Source of the DNA: Naegleria gruberi
Taxonomy: Eukaryota
Reading direction: 5' to 3' (one strand)
Assembly (NCBI GenBank): GCA_000004985.1
Contig: GG738855.1
DNA length: 64,000 nt
Below are positions 1-10,312 of this stretch, in pieces. How positions within the stretch are numbered: position 1 is the stretch's first letter; every line of letters starts with the position of its first letter. The notes beneath the pieces were generated by a model. The model was not told where the DNA came from. It ran no database searches and was given only the letters and a program-made list of their open reading frames with translations. Made by a program: the position numbers and the translations under genes.

Positions 1-364
1 ATTGATTCCAATCATAATTATCTTCTTCTTCATCATCTTCATCAATCCACTTTGACCAATCAACAGCAATATTTCTATTCTTGATGTTGGATTTAGTGAG
101 TCTTGGCCAGAATTCGCCACTCTCGGTTCTTTCAATGTTAAGATCAATAGATCTACCAGACACTTTCCATTTTGATTTTTCGGTATTGATTTCACCAAAC
201 AATTCCAATTCCAATTCATACTTGTTTTCACCTCCTGTTGCTGAAAACTTTAAAATACTATTATCCAATGAAACTTTGACATCTGTAGCATCTGGGACTT
301 CAACAGTCACATAGACACGATCGGCTCTTGGAGCCCACAAAACGTGAGGAACATGTACAGACAT
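1..364 (-). CDS. HSP90 co-chaperone p23 / CS-domain protein. The N-terminal part is in the window and the CDS continues past the window start.
   Basis: A minus-strand reading frame stays open to position 1, with ATG at 364..362 directly after an A/T run. My translation is MSVHVPHVLWAPRADRVYVTVEVPDATDVKVSLDNSILKFSATGGENKYELELELFGEINTEKSKWKVSGRSIDLNIERTESGEFWPRLTK...VDWSKWIDEDDEEED. This matches the CS-domain p23/PTGES3 pattern (HVLWAQR..V.L.. / W.RL / DWSKWVDEDE acidic tail). It is absent from the supplied ORF track because there is no stop inside the window. Confidence 0.75.
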   Translation of the reverse strand, partial: MSVHVPHVLWAPRADRVYVTVEVPDATDVKVSLDNSILKFSATGGENKYELELELFGEINTEKSKWKVSGRSIDLNIERTESGEFWPRLTKSNIKNRNIAVDWSKWIDEDDEEEDNYDWNQ

Positions 365-980
365 TTTTTTAAGAATTGTGTATTTGATTAAATTCCGAGA
401 ACAACAAGATCATTCCGAATAATATTTATTATTTTCGGAACATACAACAATTTTTGTTCTTCACATTGTCGAAAATTATAGAGTTGGTGATTATTTTGAT
501 AGGATGTAAAATATCAAAGATAACCAATGTTTTAATGTTTTGCTCTAAATCTTCCATTCTCTCATTCAAAACACCCTTAATTTCCCTATCTAATGCATTA
601 ATTTTCATGAGAACATTTAAATCAATCATTAGAAAGAAAGCAATATTTATATCTTTGAAGTTGTTGCAAACCATGATAGATCGATCACCTTCTGTATATT
701 CTATTCTATCAATATTGACATTAACTTTTCCAATAGAATATTGCGAAGAAATGGACGAAGATTTTGATGAAATTTATTCGGATGAAACAAACTTGTCTTG
801 TTATTCCAGAGTACAACATCGTTTTCGAAAAATCAAGTTAAAATTAGTATCTACCGAATCTTGAATATTAAAGATTGGTGGTGATTATTTTGCTATGTTA
901 AATATTATCTTGAAAGTGGAATCTCTCCCTGTTGAAATAAAATAGACAGTATTAAGGTTCCATTTTTTGGTGGGAAGAAG

Positions 981-990
981 TTGGCGCCAA
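981..990. promoter_or_regulatory. Perfect palindrome TTGGCGCCAA (E2F-like double half-site), 105 nt upstream of the NEK kinase ATG
   Basis: Read directly as gaagTTGGCGCCAAaaca. It is a GC-rich 10-mer in an AT-rich spacer. The same 10-mer recurs at 9334, 31509 and 57692, each time in an intergenic promoter region. Confidence 0.55.
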
Positions 991-1094
991 AACATTAAAA
1001 AAAAATACAACAAGATTAATTCGAGTAGAAACCCCATCACGAGTCGAGTCAGTTGTATAGTAATTGTGCTAGGAAGCTAGATTGTAAATAGTGA

Positions 1095-3117
1095 ATGAAT
1101 ATAAATATAATGGGTTTTCAGGATTATGATATTATTGAAGAGCTAGGATCTGGTTCCTACGGAAAAGTTTTCACTGTTCGGGATCGAAGAACTGGAGAAA
1201 TTTGTGTTCAGAAAATTGTTAGCCTAGATGGAGTTGATGAAAAGGATAGAGAAGAAACATTAAATGAGGTTCGTAGGAGTAATTATAATACAGTGCATTG
1301 ACTCTGAATAGGCTCGTTTAATGAGCCAGTGTGAACATTTCAATATCATTAAATATTTGGACTCTTTCATCGAGAATAACTACCTATGTATTATTATGGA
1401 ATATGCATCTGGAGGGGATCTGACAAAGAAAATTAAAGCACAACAGGGAAAACCATTCAAGGAAGATTTAGTGTGGAACTTTTTGATACAGATATCTCAA
1501 GGGTTGAAATATTTGCATGACAAGAGAATTTTGGTAAGTTTGTAAATTATTACAAATATTAAACTGATCACATATTATAGCACAGAGATCTTAAACCTCA
1601 AAATATATTTCTAGATGCAGAGGATAATATTAAAATTGGAGATATGGGTTTAGGAAGAATACTAGGACCTCAATCCTCTTTCGCCTCATCAAATGTAGGA
1701 ACACCTCTTTATCAAAGCCCTGAGCTGTGTCAGGAAAAGCCTTACAATCATAAGAGTGACATTTGGGCTTTTGGATGTCTTTTATATGAGCTAGCAGCTT
1801 TTTCACCTCCATTCTTAGCAACAAATCAGATAGCTCTAGCAAAGTAAGTCTCTTTGTTATACTAAATATACTTATGTTATAATAGGAAAATTGTTGGTGA
1901 TAGACCAAACAGTCTTCCCAAAATCTATTCTATGGAACTTCAATTTTTAATATTTAAAATGTTAGAAAAGGAGCCAAGTAAGAGACCAGATATAAACCAA
2001 ATATTGAATTATTCGGCTGTAAAGTTGAGAATTCAAAAGGCTAAGCTTAGACACAAGGAGTTAAAATTGAAGGAGCAATTTTTAACTTTGGAAAAACAAT
2101 TGAGAATGGATTATGAGACAAAAATTGATATGCTCGAAAGGAAACTCTCTGATTACAGATACCAGGAGGAGCAAGTGCAAATGGAAAGAGAAAATATTGT
2201 ACGTAAATAATTCTTAACATGGAATCTAATAATTTGTTATCTCACAACAGAGAGAAAGAGCTCAAGAGCTGGATAAGAAAGAGAATGGGCTGAGAGAACT
2301 CGAGGAAAAACTGCTGAGAAAGCAACACCAACTCAATGAGCTCATAAAACATGGGCATGTTATTATTTCAACACCAAATTCTGGGATTGGTCCCACCATC
2401 ACACCAAGCATACCATCGCCATTTACTTCGCCTGTGAAAGAGCACGGGACACCACAGAGAAAGGTCGACAGTAAATATTATAAACCTGAAACAACTAAGG
2501 TAGTACAAGAAAAGTTCAACTCACTCTATAACATGTTCCATGAACAACAACCAAATAATAGTCCTAATGCTCAGAAAGCTCGATCAGCACCATCAACACC
2601 TGTTAAAAAGCGAACCGATGCAGTTCCAAAGACTCCAAGCCCTAAACCTGTTCACAGACCAAAGAGCAATGGCAATGCTCCTCTTGAACACACACCAAAA
2701 CAAAAACGAAAGAATTCCAATCCTCCATCAACACCAAATGTAAACTCTTCCCAGGTGAGTGTTGGATCCTCAGTCCAGTTAGACTCTAAATTTGTTGGTA
2801 AGGTAATGGGTAAAATAATGCAGAAGAAGCAAACTACTGAGACACCACTAGGAAATAAGGGAAGAAAGCTAGGTATGGGAGGTTCTCCAGATGAAGGTTT
2901 GGTTGATAATAGGGTAAAGAAAAAGTTATCATTTGAAGAAAGTGAACCAACCTTATTCAGACCAATGCCAAGAACATCGCCCACATCAAGGCACTTTGAC
3001 TTTAGAATTTCAGAACCCAAAATAGAGATTGAAGAGTTCAATTCAGATGAAGAAAACTCAGAAGAAGACCTGTTCGTTTTAAGGAGGAAACTGAAAAATG
3101 AAGAACTAAACAAATAA
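1095..3117 (+). CDS. NIMA-related (NEK) serine/threonine kinase with coiled-coil and S/P/K-rich tail
   Basis: Model: join(1095..1268,1312..1533,1581..1843,1886..2198,2251..3117). Introns of 43, 47, 42 and 52 nt (donors GTTCGT, GTAAGT, GTAAGT, GTACGT; all end in AG) link five track ORFs into one frame. Kinase motifs are GSGSYGKV, HRDLKPQN, DMGLGR and SPE..KPYNHKSDIWAFGC, followed by the NEK-like LMSQCEHFNIIKY. Confidence 0.9.
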
Positions 3118-3118
3118 T

Positions 3119-6100
3119 TTATTCTGTTTGATAATAGATTACAACATTTCTTGTACCACCAGCAGCAAAGAGAGGGAACTTGTCATGGAAGCAGCACGAT
3201 CCAACTTTTTCACCTTCTATATCTTGTAAAATACCTACACACTGGGCAGTTCTGCAATTGAAGATGATAATCAAACCCTTAGACGTTCCAGTGACAAGAT
3301 ATGGAGATATTTCTGCATTTCCAGAAACTCCAATCGCTGTCACATTATCATTTGAAGAATCAGAAAGTTTAGGAATATCCTTCTTATTGTATGTGTGTAA
3401 TCTTGTAGCTGCTTCATTCAAAAAGAACAAACCACAAAGTTGAGCATTTTCAGTAACATTCTCTTTGTGAATAGCAACCAAAAATATTCCTTGGTTTGCT
3501 CCAGTGGTTACAGCCTTAATTACAGAAGAGTAAATAACAGAGTATGGATTTAAAGCTATTTTTTGGAGTAATTTTCCACTACTCATTCTCCAAATGCCAA
3601 TATATGAATTAGTACTTCCAATTACAAAATCTTTCAATTCAGGGACAAACTGAAGGTTATTGATGGCTTCCTTTCCATTAAGGGTTTGGAATGTGACAAC
3701 CTTGACCCTACTCGTAAAATCACTTGTGAGCATGTATTTTAAAAGTTCTCCATTATTGGTTGCAACCATCAAAGTAGAGTCGTAAACTTCCATACAAGAT
3801 ATTGGTGATCTTACATCATCCAAGCTTAATAGGGGTTTTTTCTCTTGACCCAACTGACTTCTGATTGATGACCCATCGATATCAAAGAATCTGATATGAT
3901 AGGAGAGAGTTCCATCAGCTTGGGCAGGATTTTCATCATCCAGTATGGACATGGTCATGGTTATTGATGGTTCAAATGAGGAAGAGGCAATAATCAACAT
4001 TTCTCCATCAGGTGTAAACTTGGAAGAATAAAACTCCTCATTTTCTTCATTTTCTAAACCAAAAAGTTCTGTTTGAATCCATTCTGATCCTGTTAGCTCA
4101 ATTAAGGATACTTGAGTCTTTGTACAAATAGTTAATCTGGGATCACCTACTGGTGAAAATATCATGTTCAAAACTGGACCCTTAATCTTGATCCTACTAT
4201 AGGACTTGAGAGGATGTTGCTTGTCTATTTTTTCGATTGGATGTCTAGGTAGAGAATTTTGTGATAGCACAGGTTGAGATCGCATAGGAGAGGCAAAACT
4301 GGCACGTGGAGGACTGGAAAGTGGAGGTGTGCTTAGATTACTTTTGTCTGCATCATTTTCAGATGTAACAGGTTTTGTGGCACTGGATGAAGCCAGCACA
4401 GGTGAGGAAGGTATTTCTTCCTCATCTTCTGATTCAAAATTCAAACTAAAATTGACAGCGATTGTTGGCTCAAGCTCATATTTAGGTTTAACATCCAAAG
4501 TTTCACCCTTGTTCACTATTGGAGGAGATCCTAAATTAGCTTTTGTTAGAATAGGTGAAAAGTTGATTGGTGGTGAACTGAAATCTTTGATTTCAAAAGT
4601 TTGAGAAGGTGTTCTTGGTGACAATTCATCATCTGTTTCATCATCTTGAACTTGCATAAATGGATTCTTCTTTTTGCTTGGAGAAATATCGCCTGGATTC
4701 AAAACTATCTTTACAGCAGAGTATTGTGTCTCTTCCACCTCTTCAAGAATTACATCAGATTTAGGAGTGGTATATGACAATATTCTACTGGTATTATGTG
4801 GTGGTGTAGACATTGGTGGTGGATTATTATCTTCTTCCATTTCATCATCACTAACATTTGCTCCTTGAGATTCAAGTGGATCGTAATAGACTGTTGGAGG
4901 AATTACAATTTGTGGTGATTGTGCCTTTTCCTTTGGCTTAATTGGAGTTGGGGTTGGTGGAACTTCTTCATCATCAATCATTGTGTCAGCTTGTTTCACA
5001 TTTCCTTCTTTTGTAGTTTCTTCTTTAGCTGGTGGTGTAATATCCAAGTTCATGGATGGAAGGGTTTGAGGTGTTTCATCGTCTTCATCTAATTTATCGG
5101 TAGATGTCTTTTCCAGAGAAATATTTGGTTTCTGAACTGTTGGTGGAGGAGGTGATGGTGCTGTTTCAGTTTTGGTTTCTAATTTCTCTTCCAGATTCGG
5201 AAGCTCGGTTGGTGTACTCAATGATGGTGAATTCAAGTCAGCACTGTCATTGGTATTGAAATTAATGTCAACAGTAGGCATAATGAGAACAGGTTTGTTT
5301 GGTGAGGGTTTTGTGGTCGGGTTAGGACTACTTTGTTTGGCTTCTATGATTGTTATTGTGGTTGTTGCAGAACTGTTGGTGGGAACTGGTTGATGATTGG
5401 CTGGTTCCAAATCCTCCATAAATAATAAATCATCACCTGGAGGCAAAGAATCAGGTGTACTACTTGGAGAATCGAGTGTTGGTGATTTTGGAAGATCAGT
5501 ATTAATTCTGAGGGGAGATTTTGGCTTTTCGATTGGTTCACAAGTTTTTGTTGTGGATTCAATTGGTTTCACTTGTTCCACAATTGTTTCAACCTCAGCT
5601 TGTACAATTTGTTCACTTGTGATGGGTGGTTTCTTCTCAATGGTTTCAATGATGGCTGGTTCAGTAAAAGATGTGTCCTTTGGAGGAGAGTTGAAAGATG
5701 TTTCAACCTTTTCCTCTTGTGTACTTTTCTTGTTATCCAGTGGTTGAATTTCTTCTCCCTCATCCAGCATTGGATCCTTTTTGACTACTTCTTCTGTTGC
5801 TATAGTTATTTCTATTAATGGCTGTACTGTAGTTTCAGAAGGTTTTTCTATGATATCTACAATCATTTTGTCTTCATTTTGCTTAATGGTTTCCTCGATA
5901 GTACTACTAGTTGGAGGAGTAGGTGGTGGAAGAATATTTTGAGATGGTAATGAGGCTGTCAAGGATGAACTAGTACTACTGGACTTTTGGGTACTGCTCT
6001 CTTGGGTTGACCTCTTGGATTGAGATGGAAGGGATGGTACTGCAAATTCTTCGTTTCGTCTCTCGATTGGCATTTTTCGATTTTGCAAAGGAGAAATAAC

Positions 6101-7592
6101 TTTGAGCTTGTCAACTTTTGGTGATTTTGGCATATTTACAAGGGATAGACGGGTGTTTGATGTAGAATTGTCTTCACTGTCACTCTCTTCAGCAATGGAT
6201 TCTTGACTGATAAGATTGGAAGTTTGGCTTGGTATTTTGGGTGGAGAGGAAGAAATTACTTGCTCTTGGTTTGATTTTTCAACTACAATATGAGATGACT
6301 CAGAATGAGTTGGTGTTACTATTGGCTCATCCGCATTGGGTCTCGAAAGAAGCATGAAATCGAGATTTTCTCTTGCATTAGTTGGGGAGGTATTAGAAAC
6401 AGGTGTAACATCATATTCTAAAGTATCCATTTTGAGCTTTTTGAGTGGTGTAATTTCTTCTGATGAAATTATTGATGAAGAAGGTTTTGGAGAAATTTGA
6501 GAAGATTCAGAGTCAGCTCCATTCTCTCTCATTGAATCATCTTCAACATCCTTGATTACTCTCTTACTTCTCTTCTTTCGTCTTTTTACAGCTGTGGTCA
6601 ATATTGTTGATGATGAATCCTCTGAAACAGTATCATCTGTCATTGTATCTGTTTGTTGATTTTCTTCAAGGAGCCGTTTTTTAGTATTTTCTAAACTCGT
6701 AATTTCTTCCAATAACTTTGCTTTTTCCTTTTCCAAAATGTCTTTCCAATATTCTCTGTCTCTTCCTCCAAAATAGTTAACCCTTGTGGGTAAGTGTAAA
6801 TTCTTTTGTTTGGCTATAGAATTGAGTAGATTTTTCAGAAAGTCTTCACAAAATCCAAAAGCTTTCAATCCTGTTAAATCTTCTGTATTGACTCCTATAT
6901 ATACATAATCCACGATAGTTTTATCCGTATTATTGATTGCATTCTCATCTTCAACCATTTCGGGTTGATACATTTGAAATGCTTGTTTGAAAGGTTGAGA
7001 GCAGCAACTTCCCATAAATCTTTCTCCGACACCTTTCCTACTCGAAACATCAGTAACCACAAATTGTGGTCCAACTAAACCTTTTATCACCTCGATTTGA
7101 AATTGTATTAATTCTATAGCATTATCAGTGGACCAATCTTTTTCATTTGGTTTTTTAGTTCTTCTCCTTCTCCTCAGCCTGAGTATTGCTGTATAACCTG
7201 ATGGATAGGGATGTTGATATTCTCCCTTGAATTTCCTCCAATAACTTTCCACTGACCCGAACAAAGTCTTTTTCGTTGATGAATTCCAATCAGGAAGAAG
7301 GAAACTCTATCAAATCACCAAGAGAAATAACCTCCAATGGAAGACATCTCAACGTGAAGGGTGTTGTTACAATTGTTCTAGTGTTCTGTAATGATGTGTT
7401 TTTACTCTCGCCTCGATCGGATCTATTATTATTCACTAATTGATCATCAGAAAAATCGTAAATATCACAACAAAAAGTCGAATATAATTCCTCATGATTT
7501 GTTATCATCACGGAAGAAGCAGATCCTCCACCACTCGATGAAGCAGAAGCAGCAACAGAAGAGGCCGATGATGTTAATATTCTTCCGTTCAT
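3119..7592 (-). CDS. Large protein of about 1450 aa. It has a structured N-terminal region, a very long S/P/T/E-rich disordered centre, and a C-terminal WD40-like beta-propeller.
   Basis: The 1381-aa ORF 3119..7264 has no ATG at its 5' end; the track start is TTG. ORF 7290..7592 lies directly upstream, begins with ATG in the usual A-run context, and is in a different frame. One short intron must join them; candidates are 7252..7318 (67 nt, GTGATT..CAG) or 7307..7331 (25 nt, GTTATT..TAG). The C-terminal 350 aa show repeated beta-strand/WD-like segments (GDPRLTICTK, LMVATNNGELLKY, FVIGSTNSYIGIWR, YLVTGTSKGLIIIFN, FAAGGTRNVVIYY). Confidence 0.7.
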
Positions 7593-7801
7593 TTTTTTTG
7601 TCTTTTCTTAGGAATGAGAGAAATTGTAATTTTGATGATAATTATAACAATATTGTTCGGAAATATCGGAATATTATTGGTTACTATTTGGTTTAATAAT
7701 GAAAGAATTGTTTATTGAATCAGTAACAATTTACAAAAAGATATCTTTTTGCATCATCATTACTCTTTGAACTTTTCGAATAAAAAACAAAATACAAAAA
7801 A

Positions 7802-9208
7802 ATGAAATCGTCCACTTTAATAATATTCATATGTTCACAGGCACTGTTTCTAGCACTGTCAGCACTCACATTTCGATTATATCTATCATCAAAAAACAAT
7901 GAAAAATGTTCAATTTCTTTTTTAATATTGACAGCTCCACGTCAAATGGATGGCAATAGTTTTTATTATCTAGGACAAACAATTAATAGTATTGCTAAAT
8001 TAAAACAACGATTATTCAATCCATGTATTGTAATATTCAATAGCAAGGGAGAAGCTTTTAAAGAAGAAGTTGAATTTATGGTGAGAGGTTCAGCTCTCGA
8101 TGCACAAGTAACAATCTATCACAAGAAGAAGGAATGGGAAAGTAATAATTTTGATAATTCACAATTATCACCTCGGAAGAAACATCAATCCAATGATTTT
8201 TATGATATGATCAAGACGGTTGATTCAAACTTTAGAGTGAAGGATAATACTCCAATTGCCATCATGGAAGATGATTTTATAATGTGTGAAGGAGCTTATT
8301 ATCATTTTGGTAGGATTTTTGAAAAGATTCATGAATTGGAATCGAGTGGAAAGGATTGGGTTGGTTATCGATTCTCCTTCGGTCTGAATGGTGTGCTAAT
8401 TCAGAGAAAGGATCTTGGCAGTATGTTGAGATTTTTGGAGAGAGAATCTGAAACTGATACACCAATTGATTGGCTATTGGAACAATACTTCCATCAATTG
8501 AATCATTATGGAAAATTACGTTTCCAAGACAGATTATTCTATATTTATAGATATCAATTAATGAAACACATTGGTGTCACATCGTCTGTTGGAAATGAGA
8601 GAAATATTGAGAGAAATAATGTTGATTTTCCAAATTGTATGGAACCTCAAACACAATCTCAACTTTTAGTACTGTTCCAGGCAGAGGCATGTCCAAACTC
8701 ATACTTTTTCCCGTGTAATGATACCCTAACTGGATCCAATACACTCACCAAAAGAATTCCAAAGTCAAGTATGGCAGGAGGTATTCCATATATTGACGAT
8801 AAGGACTATGAGTTTGAACATGATACTCTTCGATTGCCTTCCTATTCATCCTCAAATCCTTTACCATTGGTTGAATTGAAGAAAGTGAGAAGTGTTCCAT
8901 GTGATGCATCAGAGAGTTGTTCAACATGTTGTGAACGATTGGGCTCAGTGTGTGAACCTCAATTCTTTTCCTATATTAATAGATGTGATGAGTTGAAACG
9001 ATATGCACCAAATTGTAAGTGCATGTATGAGAGAAATCCTGTTTTGGACTCTAGCTCACCTCTCCTTGATGGAGACTATTGCATTCTTGGTTCAAGACCA
9101 AGCAGATTCAGATGTAAAAATCAAATGGATGGCAAACGAAGATTGTGTCCATGTTTCAGGGAGAAACAAAACTCATTCGATAGGTCAAGAAAGACTTCCA
9201 ATAATTAA
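7802..9208 (+). CDS. Type II membrane glycosyltransferase, GT54 (MGAT4/GnT-IV)-like, with a Cys-rich C-terminal domain
   Basis: A single 468-aa ORF with ATG after an A-run. It has an N-terminal signal anchor (LIIFICSQALFLALSALTF), a DxD-like motif (IAIMEDDFIM), and TPIDWLLEQYF...LMKHIGVTSSVG, which resembles the MGAT4 KPIDWLLDHILW...FQHVGLHSSL block. The family assignment is from memory of the motif and is not verified. Confidence 0.55.
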   Translation: MKSSTLIIFICSQALFLALSALTFRLYLSSKNNEKCSISFLILTAPRQMDGNSFYYLGQTINSIAKLKQRLFNPCIVIFNSKGEAFKEEVEFMVRGSALDAQVTIYHKKKEWESNNFDNSQLSPRKKHQSNDFYDMIKTVDSNFRVKDNTPIAIMEDDFIMCEGAYYHFGRIFEKIHELESSGKDWVGYRFSFGLNGVLIQRKDLGSMLRFLERESETDTPIDWLLEQYFHQLNHYGKLRFQDRLFYIYRYQLMKHIGVTSSVGNERNIERNNVDFPNCMEPQTQSQLLVLFQAEACPNSYFFPCNDTLTGSNTLTKRIPKSSMAGGIPYIDDKDYEFEHDTLRLPSYSSSNPLPLVELKKVRSVPCDASESCSTCCERLGSVCEPQFFSYINRCDELKRYAPNCKCMYERNPVLDSSSPLLDGDYCILGSRPSRFRCKNQMDGKRRLCPCFREKQNSFDRSRKTSNN

Positions 9209-9333
9209 TAAATCTTGAATTTAAAGAAAATATCAAGGTGAGGAACTGATATTGTAATATTGTTTCAAGGTGTGAAGAACTCATTACGGTTATCCAAATC
9301 TTAGGAGAAAAGACAAAACGTAACGGTTTGGAA

Positions 9334-9343
9334 TTGGCGCCAA
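9334..9343. promoter_or_regulatory. Perfect palindrome TTGGCGCCAA, 151 nt upstream of the UBE2S-like ATG, with TAACGG (Myb/MSA-like core) 8 nt to its left
   Basis: Read directly as acgTAACGGtttggaaTTGGCGCCAAgaat. Confidence 0.55.
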
Positions 9344-9493
9344 GAATAAATGCTCATCAGACGTTATTTAAAATTCAAAAAAAAACTACAACACTCTTCA
9401 AAGGTCGTTTGCAGTACATCTTGACGACGACTATTAATTTTAGGAAGACTATCTTCATCTCTTCTATTTATACAATTATAATAATTTAATACA

Positions 9494-10195
9494 ATGAGTA
9501 CTTTCTTGCCACCAAATACACTCCAAAGAGTAACCAAGGAAATTTTCGACCTTCAAAAGAACAAGATTGATGGAATTGAAATTCTCACCTATGATCCTGT
9601 TAGAAATGTAGACTTGTTGAGTGATTTGAGCGAGATTTATGCTTCTATTGATGGTCCACAAGGTACTCCATTCGAAGGAGGTAAATTTACTATCAAATTG
9701 GTCTTGGATCACGAATTCCCTAATAAGCCACCAAAGGGATATTTCGTTACCAAGATTTTCCACCCAAATGTTTCTACACGTGAAGGTGAAATTTGTGTGA
9801 ATACATTGAAGAGAGATTGGAAGTCTACTCTTGGTTTCAGACATGTTCTCATGGTTATTCGTTGTTTGATGATTGAACCAAATCCTGATAGTGCTCTCAA
9901 TGCTGAAGCAGGTAGACTTATTCAAGATAACTATGAAGGTTATTCAAACAAGGCTAAGATGTTCACAGATATCTATGCCAAACAACAACAAGGTGTCACA
10001 AGTCAATCAGAACCTGAAGTGTCCAAGACCATCTCTGAAGAAACTGTTGTTGATTCCGAAAATGCTAAGGAAAATATTTGTAATGTAAATCAAACCCAAC
10101 AAAAGAAACCACTCCTCTTACTCAAAAAGCCAACTACCACCACAACCAATACTTCTACTGTTGCCAAAAAACCAGCAGGTTTGAAACGTCTGTAA
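9494..10195 (+). CDS. UBE2S: Ubiquitin-conjugating enzyme E2, UBE2S-like (APC/C K11 chain-elongating E2 family)
   Basis: A single 233-aa ORF. It contains FPNKPPKGYFVTKIFHPNVSTREGEICVNTLKRDWKSTLGFRHVLMVIRCLMIEPNPDSALNAEAGRL, which closely parallels the UBE2S UBC core (FP..PPKGYFLTKIFHPNV...GEICVNVLKRDW...HPNPESALNEEAG). It has a long C-terminal extension ending in a basic patch (KKPLLLLKKP...AKKPAGLKRL). Confidence 0.88.
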   Translation: MSTFLPPNTLQRVTKEIFDLQKNKIDGIEILTYDPVRNVDLLSDLSEIYASIDGPQGTPFEGGKFTIKLVLDHEFPNKPPKGYFVTKIFHPNVSTREGEICVNTLKRDWKSTLGFRHVLMVIRCLMIEPNPDSALNAEAGRLIQDNYEGYSNKAKMFTDIYAKQQQGVTSQSEPEVSKTISEETVVDSENAKENICNVNQTQQKKPLLLLKKPTTTTTNTSTVAKKPAGLKRL

Positions 10196-10312
10196 ATGAA
10201 ATCTTGTGTAAGGATGTCATTCTAAGAAGATCTAGGCAATAAATAATATTATTTAACAACATAATAGGATATTAGAGAAACAAATTTCACTAATTACATT
10301 TTACAGTTTTAT

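Noticed and set aside
429-864. Overlapping ORFs on both strands (429..674 minus, 81 aa; 454..864 plus, 136 aa) in the 730-nt divergent spacer between the p23 and NEK genes
   Set aside because: Neither has a recognisable motif, an A-run start context, or a convincing splice extension. The plus ORF is hydrophobic, low-complexity and typical of AT-rich noise. The minus ORF has a short charged helix (LDREIKGVLNERMEDLEQNIKTL), but an in-frame stop lies just upstream and I find no workable intron. A small gene here remains possible but is unsupported.
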